From a virus (taxonomy: Duplodnaviria > Caudoviricetes), in the IMG/VR virus record IMGVR_UViG_3300037400_002699, positions 70,274 to 134,273 of that record: DNA of 64,000 nucleotides, one strand, 5' to 3'. How positions within the stretch are numbered: the first letter of the stretch is position 1; each line of letters begins with the position of its first letter. A model generated the notes under the pieces. It worked only from the letters and a program-made list of their open reading frames with translations. It did no database searches and was not told the origin of the DNA. Positions 36,801 through 46,119 of this stretch are shown here, piece by piece. The position numbers and the translations under genes are program-made.

Positions 36801-37577
36801 ATGAAGACCATAAAGATAAACGAGTCACAGAAGATTAAGTTGTTCGAAGATACTGGATTTTCCGTTGAAACTCTCAAGATGATAGGTGACAGTGCTTTCT
36901 ACGATGAAAACACTGGAAAGGCTCAGTATCAGTACTGTAGGAAATATCTTGGAGAGCCAATAGGTGTCGGTAGTGGAAGAATTGTTTTTCAACTTAATGA
37001 AAACATGGTGATAAAGCTTGCTCGTGAATCTTCATGGGAATTGGGTAGAGAATGTAATAAATATGAGGTTCAAATGTTTCAGAGCATAGATTCTCCCCTA
37101 TTAACGAGGATATACTATTATGATGACAGAAGGTTTACATTTCTTGTAAGTGAACAGGTTCTTCCAGTACGCCCATCAGATTTCGAGAAACTTGTTGGGT
37201 TGACATTCTTTGGTACTTATCAGCAACAGTCATCACCAGAGAAGAGTAAGACTTCCAGACATGGTGGAGACCTTGAAATAGGGTTTGATAAGTATTTTGA
37301 CAACATTAAGCCCGCTGGAACAAAAGCAGATAATCTTTCTGTTAGTCAAATAGTTTCATATCTTGAAAACAGGAAAATAGAGTGGACTGAGGAAGATGAT
37401 GAGGAATATGAGGCTGTGATAAGAAATAATAAGTGGTTAACTGAAATTAAAAAGCTAATCAATGCAACGGAAACTGGAATTGGTGACCTAGGCGGTAATA
37501 TAAACAATTTCGGAATGGTCAACAGGGACGGAAAACCATTGATAGTTGTATTGGATAGTGGTTTTAGTTTGTGGTAA
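36801..37577 (+). CDS. Protein-kinase-like fold protein with INES leader
   Basis: IGVGSGRIVF (Gly loop), VIKLA, CNKYE, GDL..NINNFG, VVLDSG. Confidence 0.7.
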   Translation: MKTIKINESQKIKLFEDTGFSVETLKMIGDSAFYDENTGKAQYQYCRKYLGEPIGVGSGRIVFQLNENMVIKLARESSWELGRECNKYEVQMFQSIDSPLLTRIYYYDDRRFTFLVSEQVLPVRPSDFEKLVGLTFFGTYQQQSSPEKSKTSRHGGDLEIGFDKYFDNIKPAGTKADNLSVSQIVSYLENRKIEWTEEDDEEYEAVIRNNKWLTEIKKLINATETGIGDLGGNINNFGMVNRDGKPLIVVLDSGFSLW

Positions 37578-37594
37578 AATAAAACGTATAAGAT

Positions 37595-38134
37595 ATGGCA
37601 GAGATAACATTTACTGGTAGTAAGACCAGGCGTGTACCAATAAACAGAAACAGCTTATTCTATGATGCAGAGTCATTTGCTGTTGAGAGGGACATCGGAA
37701 AAAACTACATTGAACAGGACATGGGACAGGCTGTTGTGCTGTACCAGGTTGATGCACAGGAAACTCAGAGTGATGCTGTGTATGGCGAGACAGAGCCAGG
37801 TGCGGTGAAGTACAAAGCTCCTGTGGAGATACCTTGTGTGTACAAGATTGAAGCACCAGAGCTGAAGTCCTATGACAAGAGTAAGAATCTTGGAACATAT
37901 AACAAGATTGGAAAGCTGACATTCAGTTATTATAAGGAAACCATTGACGAACTTGGTGTGCAGATTAAGAAAGGTGATTACGTAGGGGTGCAGATAACCC
38001 CAGAACTTATGCTCTATTATGTCATAAATAACGTAAATCCGAACTACGATAACGGTCATACACTGTGGGGTACAATTCCCTTGTATTTTACGTGTATCTG
38101 TTCAAGCGTGGACTCTTCAGAATTTACAGCGTAA
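37595..38134 (+). CDS. Putative head-closure/neck protein (gp14-like)
   Basis: G..VVLY..D...DAVYGE, Y.APVEIP, IKKGDYV pattern. Confidence 0.5.
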   Translation: MAEITFTGSKTRRVPINRNSLFYDAESFAVERDIGKNYIEQDMGQAVVLYQVDAQETQSDAVYGETEPGAVKYKAPVEIPCVYKIEAPELKSYDKSKNLGTYNKIGKLTFSYYKETIDELGVQIKKGDYVGVQITPELMLYYVINNVNPNYDNGHTLWGTIPLYFTCICSSVDSSEFTA

Positions 38135-38146
38135 AATATTGTTTTT

Positions 38147-38395
38147 ATGAAATATAAAGAAGGTGATAATGTTATAATAAGGGGTAACGATGGCAAAGTT
38201 AAAAATGGTGTAATACGCGCTATTTTGCCTAATGCCGAAATGTTGATGACACCAGAACTCAATTGGGAGGGAGAGGTGTACATTGTAGATTGTAATGAGA
38301 AAGCAAGTAATGGTATCAGATACAATAATACCATTCCACTTGAAAATATAATAAGTGAGTTATGTACAAACCAAATTACGGAGAGCCAAACCTAG
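38147..38395 (+). CDS. Hypothetical protein (SH3/KOW-like start)
   Basis: MKYKEGDNVII. Confidence 0.6.
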   Translation: MKYKEGDNVIIRGNDGKVKNGVIRAILPNAEMLMTPELNWEGEVYIVDCNEKASNGIRYNNTIPLENIISELCTNQITESQT

Positions 38396-38832
38396 GGAAA
38401 AACGTACAGATAATAGGAGGTGCTAACTTTGGTTCAGAACCTTATCTTGTTACGATAGGCGACAATACCACAGTATCATTTGACTGTGCATTTGTTACAC
38501 ACGATGCTGCTACAAGAGTCATAAGAAACCTTCCAGGGCATAATAAGGAAACGGTAATCTATGGGCCTATAACCGTTGGTAAGAACTGTTTCATAGGATG
38601 CAGAACTGTTATACTTCCCAATGTGAAAATTGGCGACAATTGCATTATAGGTGCTGGAAGCATTGTGAATAAGGACATACCAGACAATACAGTGGCTGCT
38701 GGGACTCCTTGCAAACCTATATGCACTCTTGAAGGGTATATAAACAAACATAAGGATGACTTTATGTATATTGTATCAAAACCTTTTGAGGAGAAGAAGA
38801 AAATATTGTTAGATAAATTTAAGGAAAAATAA
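38362..38832 (+). CDS. Hexapeptide-repeat (LbH) acyl/acetyltransferase
   Basis: PYLVTIGDN, FVTHD, ITVGKNCFIG, VKIGDNCIIGAGSIV, AAGTPCK. Confidence 0.9.
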   Translation: MYKPNYGEPNLGKNVQIIGGANFGSEPYLVTIGDNTTVSFDCAFVTHDAATRVIRNLPGHNKETVIYGPITVGKNCFIGCRTVILPNVKIGDNCIIGAGSIVNKDIPDNTVAAGTPCKPICTLEGYINKHKDDFMYIVSKPFEEKKKILLDKFKEK

Positions 38833-38837
38833 CTATT

Positions 38838-40331
38838 ATGGTATATAAAACATACATAAGCAAATTCGATACAATAATATCTGGTTCTAAGATGAATACA
38901 GGACTAAACCCTATAGCTGAACTAGTATATGGTCGTAATACAATTGTGTCAAGAGTTTTGATGTACTTTGACCACAACAAGGTTAAACAGTTGATGGATG
39001 AAGGTGTGATGGTAAACATGGATAAGATGAAGCACACACTCCATATCACCAACGCTGGTTCTATCGATTTTACCCAACTTCATGATTGTGAGACAAGTTC
39101 CATCAATTTCAATAAGAAGATTAGAGCAACTTCTTTTGACATTATATTCTTCCTTGTCCCTAAGTTGTGGGACAGGGGCAAGGGTTTTGACTATTCAAAG
39201 AACTTCCTCAATACCGACTTCTATTCAAGGACAGTAGTAGACCCTAAGAGACTTTACTCTGAGGATGGTTGCAACTGGTTTCAAAGTAGAAACGGATATC
39301 CTTGGGATGAAGAAGGTGTTTATTCAAACGATACCCTTGCAAAGGAGTATGATAAGTTTGCTGCTGGAGAGGAATCTATTGTAATTGGAAGACAACACTT
39401 TGATGTTGGAAATGAGAATATCAATCTTGATATAACTGATACATTCAACAAGTTCCTGGATGGAGGTCTTGAGAACTATGGTATTGGTATGGCATTCTCT
39501 CCATTACTTGAGACGACTGATAGTGAGTACGAGAACTATATTGGTTGGCTTACGGATAAAACAAATACGTTCTTCGAGCCATTCGTTGAGACAAGATATG
39601 AGGATGTGGTAATGGACGATAGGTCTAACTTCGTATTGAGCAAGAAAAACAGGTTGTACCTTTATTGCACAATTGGAGACCATCTTGAGGACTTATCATT
39701 GAATCCTACCGTAACTATTAGGAACGGTGATGGTGAAATAATAAGGGATTCATCTGGAAGGGAAATGACGTGGATTATGTCCAAGAGACAGTCTAAAGGT
39801 ATATACTACATCGATTTAAAGCTCTCTAAGAACGATTTTGAAGCCGATACAATGCTTTATGACACCTGGACCAATATACAGTACCAGGGAACAGTTTTAG
39901 ACGACGTAGAGCTTGATTTCGTGGTTAGGGCTACGCCTAACTATTTCAACATAGGAAACTCTCTTGTTTCATCAAATGCGACCTTCTCTCCAACGATTGC
40001 TGGAATCAAGGAGAAGGAGCAGATTAAGCGTGGTGACATTAGGAAGCTTGTCATAAGTCCAAAACCAAGCTATACAACCAATACCGTGCAGTTACTTGAT
40101 TCAATAGACATCAGAGTGTACGTAAAGGATGGTACAAGGGAGATTGACGTAATAGAGTGGGATAAGGTCAATAAGGCGTTTGTAGAGAACTTCTACATGA
40201 TTGATACCAACATACTTATTCCTCAGAGATATTTCGTTGACATAAGAATTAAGTATGGAATGAATTCAATAATTCATCATGATGTTCTATCATTCGACAT
40301 TGTGGATGACTTAAATAACAAATACGCATAA
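38838..40331 (+). CDS. Probable virion structural protein (DNRLRE-like N-domain, Ig-like C-domains)
   Basis: SRVLMYFD, WDRGKG, LDITD, NYGIGM motifs. Confidence 0.55.
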   Translation: MVYKTYISKFDTIISGSKMNTGLNPIAELVYGRNTIVSRVLMYFDHNKVKQLMDEGVMVNMDKMKHTLHITNAGSIDFTQLHDCETSSINFNKKIRATSFDIIFFLVPKLWDRGKGFDYSKNFLNTDFYSRTVVDPKRLYSEDGCNWFQSRNGYPWDEEGVYSNDTLAKEYDKFAAGEESIVIGRQHFDVGNENINLDITDTFNKFLDGGLENYGIGMAFSPLLETTDSEYENYIGWLTDKTNTFFEPFVETRYEDVVMDDRSNFVLSKKNRLYLYCTIGDHLEDLSLNPTVTIRNGDGEIIRDSSGREMTWIMSKRQSKGIYYIDLKLSKNDFEADTMLYDTWTNIQYQGTVLDDVELDFVVRATPNYFNIGNSLVSSNATFSPTIAGIKEKEQIKRGDIRKLVISPKPSYTTNTVQLLDSIDIRVYVKDGTREIDVIEWDKVNKAFVENFYMIDTNILIPQRYFVDIRIKYGMNSIIHHDVLSFDIVDDLNNKYA

Positions 40332-40354
40332 AAGGTGGGAAACTCCCACCTTTT

Positions 40355-40930
40355 TTATGGATAATAGTAAAGATTACCGAAATTGAATTTCTCCAGCCTG
40401 TTAGGAGAGTGAACCAATGCCTCCATCATAGATGGTACTTGGTCTAGCTCAAATGTCTCCATGCAGTATGCAAGAGAACCAGCGAAATCCATATTGTACA
40501 TTTCAATCTCCTTCTGGGTAAACTCCTCAATTCCATAGGAATGAGCCTCGTCAAGGTCTGATATAATCATGCCACTGAACAGTCCGTGAAGACCATATCT
40601 TTCAGCAAACAGGTTGGCGTAGCACCATATACCTATACAGGTTCTCTCCCTTAGGAATTGAACCAGTGATGGATTGATGATTTTCCTGTAGAATGGATTA
40701 ACCTCAGTATCATTCTTCTGGGGGGCGAACATACCTCCATCATAACCATGACCAAGCATCATGACATTTCTATCCTTCAAAGCGTTTGCGGTAAGAACCT
40801 GCCTAATCTTTGCGTTACTGGCGGTCTCGTCTACCACAAGCGAATTGAATAGTGTATGACGGTCATACAAAGTTTCAAGGAACTTCGTTGACGGGTCATT
40901 CGGATGTATGACAAGCAATTTATTGTTCAT
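40355..40930 (-). CDS. Hypothetical protein
   Basis: LVIHPNDPST...MLGHG...IWCYA; start chosen at MNNKLL. Confidence 0.75.
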   Translation of the reverse strand: MNNKLLVIHPNDPSTKFLETLYDRHTLFNSLVVDETASNAKIRQVLTANALKDRNVMMLGHGYDGGMFAPQKNDTEVNPFYRKIINPSLVQFLRERTCIGIWCYANLFAERYGLHGLFSGMIISDLDEAHSYGIEEFTQKEIEMYNMDFAGSLAYCMETFELDQVPSMMEALVHSPNRLEKFNFGNLYYYP

Positions 40931-41090
40931 GATTCGATGCGTTATAGTTCTTAGTGTGTGGCGATTCAATCTTAAAAGCACCATCTACCTTACGACCAAA
41001 TGCATTCCATTTGTCACGGCAGAAAATCATAAATGGAAAACCAATTACACACATAATGGCAACCACAATAAAATATACAATTTTTTTCAT
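40920..41090 (-). CDS. Small membrane-anchored protein (56 aa, absent from ORF track)
   Basis: MKKIVYFIVVAIMCVIGFPFMIFCRDK...; fills the gap between neighbours. Confidence 0.55.
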   Translation of the reverse strand: MKKIVYFIVVAIMCVIGFPFMIFCRDKWNAFGRKVDGAFKIESPHTKNYNASNHEQ

Positions 41091-41314
41091 CAAAAATAAA
41101 GTTTTCTATTATTAGTATCGTATCTGACAACACCATAATATGTTTCGTACTCTCCTAGCATTTTCCTTAATGTCTCTGTCCATTCTCTAAGATTTTCCCA
41201 GAGTTGGGCATCAACTATTAATTCCTCTCCAGTAACCAAACATATTACAATTCGGTTATTATTTTCATCCACCTTAAAGTGGGATAGACTTTTTTTGCTG
41301 AAATATATGTCCAT
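41090..41314 (-). CDS. Hypothetical protein
   Basis: MDIYFSKKSL... ORF coupled to the downstream ATG. Confidence 0.55.
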   Translation of the reverse strand: MDIYFSKKSLSHFKVDENNNRIVICLVTGEELIVDAQLWENLREWTETLRKMLGEYETYYGVVRYDTNNRKLYF

Positions 41315-41522
41315 GTCCTGCTTCTTTTGATAATTCACTGATTTTAAACTTCTCACATGGCGTGAATGAATTTGTCTTCGCAATCTTCATCACGATATTA
41401 CCTTTTTGCTGTTCCGTCAAGTCCATTGCATTAGGAACTGCGTAAGACCCAGCAGTAGCAACGCCACTGTCAAGTCTGAAACCATTGCAGAGAACTCCTG
41501 CTGCTAAAAATATCTTTTTCAT
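41274..41522 (-). CDS. Hypothetical protein
   Basis: First ORF after promoter 41545-41576. Confidence 0.55.
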   Translation of the reverse strand: MKKIFLAAGVLCNGFRLDSGVATAGSYAVPNAMDLTEQQKGNIVMKIAKTNSFTPCEKFKISELSKEAGHGHIFQQKKSIPL

Positions 41523-41544
41523 ACTTCACTATTTTTCCCTGCTG

Positions 41545-41576
41545 CAAAGATAAATAAAAAAATCGAGATAACCAAA
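41545..41576 (-). promoter_or_regulatory. Bacteroidota housekeeping-sigma promoter
   Basis: TTTG-N20-TATCTTTG on the minus strand. Confidence 0.85.
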
Positions 41577-41629
41577 TATTACCTCGATTTTTTATTTTCT
41601 TTTAACAGATTATTATAGCATTTTTACTT

Positions 41630-42910
41630 TTACCATTTAAAATTGTTCATCTTTTCAATGGTTTGCATCAACATGTTGAGTCCAACAGTCTGCATTGGGT
41701 CAGAGCCATTTCCATTATTGCCATTAACCATAATTTTTGGGACCCATTCTATTTTAGAATTAGCAAGCTCACGAGCAATACCAATCATAGTCTCCTTTTT
41801 CATCTGAAGTAACTGGTCTGGTGTTGCTCCAGCGGAAACCAATGCACGGTTAGCAGCAGCCTTTGCTTCACCCTCGGCACGTACCTTTCGAGCAACCTCC
41901 TCAGCCTTAGCAGCCTCAAGCTTTGCAACCTCGAACTCCTGTTGAGCCTTTGTCACAGCTATAGCCTTCTCCTTCTCCTGCTCCCACTTTGCCTTCTCTG
42001 CGTCAGCCTTACCCTGTTCTGTAATCAGCACGGTCTTCTGGATAGCCTCAAGGGATTTGGTCTTTGCTGTCACAACTGCAAGGTTAGCTTGCTTCTGAGC
42101 GTCAATCTGGTCTTGAGTTGCCTTATCATACTTAATGTCGGTGATTGATACAAGATTACATGTAATACCGTACTGTTGGAACGGACACAGGTCAACCTCT
42201 TCCTTGCCATCCTTTGTCTTGATGATACGACCAGTACCTTCCTGTCTCATGTAGTTACCATTACGGTCAACAAGAATCTCTGCTTTTGAAATGGTTTCAG
42301 TATCACCTGTAAGTTCATTAACAGCCTTGATTTTCTCAACCCTCGTCTTGTACACACCGTTGTTAAGCTGGTCGGTAATATACTGGATAAGGTCGGTACG
42401 AGTCTCAGATACTGACTCAAGCGACGACATAAGCGGACCGCAGGATGTTACAACCTTATACAATGTAGGCTTAATCAATGTGCTAATAAGAGCCTCCTCA
42501 GAACCAAACTCCTGCTGAATCTTTGTCATGTGTGCAAAGTCACGGGGAAGGATAACACGGAGTGAACCGATGATGAATCCACGACCTCGGTCATTGAACG
42601 TAACGGCTGCGCCAGGGTTACTGCCAGAGGCGACATAGCCTTCCTCGTTCTTCTCTACGCCTGTGAACTCCACCTGGGTTGTCTTGTTGTACTCATATAC
42701 GTTGCCCCACCACTGGAACTGAGCACCACCCTCAGTCCATACCTCGTACTTACCAGTTATAGGATACTGGCACACATAGTTCTTGGACTTGTCACAGTCT
42801 TCCATGACACCGCCAACGACGAACAACACTACAAACAGGGCGATGATAGACACAAAACCCCAAAGTACCTTCTTGGGTACATTCACTGCTTTACTTTCGA
42901 AATTTTTCAT
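41630..42910 (-). CDS. SPFH/band-7 family membrane protein
   Basis: N-terminal TM, SPFH-like core, A/E/K-rich coiled coil, WVPKIM C-terminus. Confidence 0.8.
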   Translation of the reverse strand: MKNFESKAVNVPKKVLWGFVSIIALFVVLFVVGGVMEDCDKSKNYVCQYPITGKYEVWTEGGAQFQWWGNVYEYNKTTQVEFTGVEKNEEGYVASGSNPGAAVTFNDRGRGFIIGSLRVILPRDFAHMTKIQQEFGSEEALISTLIKPTLYKVVTSCGPLMSSLESVSETRTDLIQYITDQLNNGVYKTRVEKIKAVNELTGDTETISKAEILVDRNGNYMRQEGTGRIIKTKDGKEEVDLCPFQQYGITCNLVSITDIKYDKATQDQIDAQKQANLAVVTAKTKSLEAIQKTVLITEQGKADAEKAKWEQEKEKAIAVTKAQQEFEVAKLEAAKAEEVARKVRAEGEAKAAANRALVSAGATPDQLLQMKKETMIGIARELANSKIEWVPKIMVNGNNGNGSDPMQTVGLNMLMQTIEKMNNFKW

Positions 42911-42931
42911 TGCTTAAAATATTTAAAATGT

Positions 42932-43264
42932 TTAACTTAATTTGCTTTTCAGCGTTGCGAAGAACTTCTCACGTGCGGTCTTATTAAGGCCAGTATCAGC
43001 TAGCCAACCTTTTACATCATCCTCGTCATAATCACTCATGTCAGACCACCCATAATCGTCAAGGAAGTCATCAACAGCCTCTTCAATCTCATCATCATCC
43101 AAGTTGGATGGAATGTTGATTTTTAACTCATTAATTAGCTCCTCAATACTCTCTGAGTCGAAATACTCACAGATGTGTTCAGCACTGCCTTGCTCTTCAG
43201 ACAGCACGATGTCGTACAGCTTCAGCAGGACGGTTGCTACTTTTTTCTCTTGTTTCTTGTTCAT
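42932..43264 (-). CDS. Hypothetical acidic protein
   Basis: 110-aa ORF. Confidence 0.7.
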   Translation of the reverse strand: MNKKQEKKVATVLLKLYDIVLSEEQGSAEHICEYFDSESIEELINELKINIPSNLDDDEIEEAVDDFLDDYGWSDMSDYDEDDVKGWLADTGLNKTAREKFFATLKSKLS

Positions 43265-43281
43265 TGTTTAAATTGTTTTGA

Positions 43282-43440
43282 TTACACGAAAAAATAATAG
43301 AATGGGATGAGAACCTTCGGAAAACTTACCTCTTCCTTGGAGAACTTGAGCACCCCAAAACACTGTAACGTAAGCAGCGTGTAATATATTACCGCTACAA
43401 TGGCAAATACTATGCCTAATACGATTGCATACCTTAACAT
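43282..43440 (-). CDS. Small membrane protein (52 aa, absent from ORF track)
   Basis: MLRYAIVLGIVFAIVAVIYYTLLTLQCFGVLKFSKEEVSFPKVLIPFYYFFV. Confidence 0.65.
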   Translation of the reverse strand: MLRYAIVLGIVFAIVAVIYYTLLTLQCFGVLKFSKEEVSFPKVLIPFYYFFV

Positions 43441-43465
43441 ACTATCTTAATTTTAAAATCTATTG

Positions 43466-43548
43466 TAGGACAATGTGGACTCGAACCACAGACCCCCAAT
43501 ACTAATGTTTCCACGTTCCTGGTGCTCTACCAACTGAGCTATCGTCCT
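43466..43548 (-). tRNA. tRNA-like RNA with aberrant 27-nt anticodon arm; no assignable anticodon
   Basis: AGGACGA/TTGTCCT acceptor, GCTC-AGTTGGTA-GAGC D arm, TGTGG-TTCGAGT-CCACA T arm. Confidence 0.8.
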
Positions 43549-43624
43549 TAAGGCATACCTTCATGCGGCTAGCGTTTCCTTCTTCCGCACTCATCTAAGT
43601 GGCAGCTCTGTCTCTTTCACGCTG

Positions 43625-43656
43625 CAAAATTAGATAAAATTTCTGAGACTACCAAA
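43625..43656 (-). promoter_or_regulatory. Bacteroidota housekeeping-sigma promoter driving the tRNA-like/SPFH operon
   Basis: TTTG-N20-TAATTTTG on the minus strand. Confidence 0.85.
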
Positions 43657-43811
43657 TATTAGTTCAAATTTTAACACTGTTTAACAACTGACCAGATATT
43701 TATAGTAAATGGGATTAACATATGGAATTGGAATACATTACATATATTACATAATAAAGAGCGCAGTACCTTCGCATAGGCTACTGCGCTCTTTTCTTAA
43801 ATAACTAATTT

Positions 43812-44618
43812 ATGGGCAAAAAAAAGAATTTGAAAGACCTCGATATGCTGGAGATGGAATTTATCGAGGAAAAGATGAAAAAAGACAGTGCTCTTAACTA
43901 TCTTACGTCTTGCGGGTACGCAACTCACCTAAAGGCTTTAAGTTTTAAACTTGATATCAAGTGTAAGAACGAAAAGCAGAAAGAGTTCCTAAATGTTCTG
44001 AAAAACCAAAATAACCAGATATGTTTTGGCATCGGTGCTCCTGGTACTGGAAAGTCCTACATATCACTGGCTTACGCCCTAAGAGAGTTGAAGGAGGGTA
44101 GATACTCAAACATAATTATGATTGTGCCTACAGCACCAGCAGGAGGAATAGACCTCAATCTTGGATACTTAAAAGGAGACTTCGAGGACAAAACTAGACC
44201 GTTCAAGGAATGTGACCAGGAAACCATATCCAAGATATTGAAGAACAGTGGAAATGTTGACTCCACAATCATTGCTGGAAACCTTATCAACAGCGGTTAC
44301 ATAAGGTACGAATTTATTAATTATGTCCTTGGTAAGACATTTGATGACTCACTTATACTTGTGAATGAGGCTGAGCAATACACGAAAGACAACATGAAGC
44401 TGTTGCTCACCAGGATAGGAGAAAACAGTAAGGTTGTAATCACTGGAGACTGTGAACAGGTCAATAGACGTGATATTGTAGCAAAGAAAGCTGTGTGCGG
44501 TCTGGAATATGCCACAGAAAGGCTTAAAGGACTTGATGAAGTCGGCATCACAGAGTTTACAAGAAATGACATTGTAAGGAATCCATTAATAACGAAGATA
44601 CTTGATAATTGGGAATAA
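43812..44618 (+). CDS. phoH: PhoH-family ATPase
   Basis: GAPGTGKS, LGYLKGD, LGKTFDD, VNEAEQ, LLTRIG, ITGD..Q, DIVRNPLI. Confidence 0.93.
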   Translation: MGKKKNLKDLDMLEMEFIEEKMKKDSALNYLTSCGYATHLKALSFKLDIKCKNEKQKEFLNVLKNQNNQICFGIGAPGTGKSYISLAYALRELKEGRYSNIIMIVPTAPAGGIDLNLGYLKGDFEDKTRPFKECDQETISKILKNSGNVDSTIIAGNLINSGYIRYEFINYVLGKTFDDSLILVNEAEQYTKDNMKLLLTRIGENSKVVITGDCEQVNRRDIVAKKAVCGLEYATERLKGLDEVGITEFTRNDIVRNPLITKILDNWE

Positions 44619-44646
44619 AAAATGCAGTCAGAGATGACTGCATTTT

Positions 44647-45555
44647 TTATGATATTCTAACAAAGTCTGAAAGTATCGATTCTATATCATAACCTTCAAG
44701 TTTTTTTATACTTCCACCCCAGTCGCCACACTGTTCCATTCCAGCCCAAGGGTGTACGTGGTGCATAATAGAATCCTTCATTATTTTAAGTAGTTCTACA
44801 AGCTTATCTCCCTTTGGTACTTGATGCAGTTTGTCCATTGTCTCATCAAACTTGGCTTCATTAACCAGAGTTTCCCTATCATGTATATTGTCTGAAACAT
44901 TATAGTCATAGTTACTCATAATGTTAATGTAGTCAGCAACAACGTTAACAGCACTGCAACATGGGTGTTTCTGTCCAGTTGCAAGTGCATTCTTGTATTT
45001 GAGCTGTATATAGGCTGGGTCTGCCCCATTAAAGATAATATTACCTACAAGCTGTGGGTTGTCGTTGAACATGTATGGACTACGTATACCAGCCCTTAGG
45101 TCAAGTTCACTTGCTTCTGATTTAGGGTTGTATCTAAGTATAACGTCTTCCCTTCCTCTGCCAACTAATGCGACATCTTCAGCATGAGGGAAAGAACCTT
45201 TGGTTGTAGGCTCTTTTGATATTCTCTCAAGTGGCAGGTTACTTGATGCCTGTAGGAGTGATGTTGCGCCGCTAGCAAGACAAAAATCCTGATATTGTGG
45301 TTGCGAGATAAGAGGTCCTATGTAATACCTCTGTCCCTCAGAAAACTCATCAATAGCGTCAGCGATAAGCAATACAGCCTCCCCTTCCTTAGGTACGCTC
45401 TGTATGGTCTTAGGAAGCAAAGGAAACGCCCAAGGGACTTTATCAAAACTCTCCTCAGCAAGTTTCGCACGAACTCTCAAACCGTCTGCGCTTCCAGATG
45501 AAGCATCATCTTCAACCTCTATGACAGTACCGATTTTAATTAAAACTTTACCCAT
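44647..45555 (-). CDS. Baseplate hub/central spike protein (gp5/VgrG OB-fold-like)
   Basis: LRVRAK...WAFPLLPK...PKEGEAV...RYYIGP; C-terminal HHVHP metal-binding tip motif. Confidence 0.65.
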   Translation of the reverse strand: MGKVLIKIGTVIEVEDDASSGSADGLRVRAKLAEESFDKVPWAFPLLPKTIQSVPKEGEAVLLIADAIDEFSEGQRYYIGPLISQPQYQDFCLASGATSLLQASSNLPLERISKEPTTKGSFPHAEDVALVGRGREDVILRYNPKSEASELDLRAGIRSPYMFNDNPQLVGNIIFNGADPAYIQLKYKNALATGQKHPCCSAVNVVADYINIMSNYDYNVSDNIHDRETLVNEAKFDETMDKLHQVPKGDKLVELLKIMKDSIMHHVHPWAGMEQCGDWGGSIKKLEGYDIESILSDFVRIS

Positions 45556-45736
45556 CGTTTAACACTCCTCTTTTTTTAAGTTCATTATTAGCCTCTATAT
45601 ACAGCGCATCAAGTTCTTGAAGCTCTGCTATCATGGCAAGTATTTTTCCTTTCTTGACGTTGTATTCATTGTCATAACCCATAATCTTTAGATTAATCTC
45701 AGCGTTTGACAATTTCGAAAAATCTACCTTATTCAT
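45548..45736 (-). CDS. Small hypothetical protein
   Basis: 62-aa ORF coupled to neighbours. Confidence 0.65.
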   Translation of the reverse strand: MNKVDFSKLSNAEINLKIMGYDNEYNVKKGKILAMIAELQELDALYIEANNELKKRGVLNDG

Positions 45737-45745
45737 AACAAATAA

Positions 45746-46114
45746 TTAATAAGCACCACCAAATCCCATTCCAGGAGTAGCATTAGTACCAGCACCAGGT
45801 CCTGTCACAATGTTGAGTGTTCCTGGCTGTATTCCAACCTGTATCGACATGTCCTTCCTTATAGCCCTATATGTCTCCTTTGTGGACGTAAACGCAAATC
45901 CTATCGTTAGGTTAGGGCTACCATCTGGCATTGCACCAGTTGGTATTCCAAGCCTGTTTAAGTCCTTAACAATGTTGGATACTGAGTTAATGACTGACAG
46001 TCCAGGTCTTTTCTTCATGGAGCACACAAGAAGAATTCTTGGTATCTGAGGAAAAGGAACTCTTACGTTCTCGAAATAGTTCTTAATTGTCTGACAAATC
46101 TGTGATATACCCAT
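45746..46114 (-). CDS. Hypothetical protein, probably baseplate-associated
   Basis: Gly-rich C-terminus; lies next to the spike gene. Confidence 0.6.
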   Translation of the reverse strand: MGISQICQTIKNYFENVRVPFPQIPRILLVCSMKKRPGLSVINSVSNIVKDLNRLGIPTGAMPDGSPNLTIGFAFTSTKETYRAIRKDMSIQVGIQPGTLNIVTGPGAGTNATPGMGFGGAY

Positions 46115-46119
46115 AGTAA

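Noticed and set aside
43466-43548. Assigning an amino acid or suppressor identity to the tRNA-like gene
   Set aside because: No 7-nt loop with U33 can be defined, so any anticodon call would be arbitrary.
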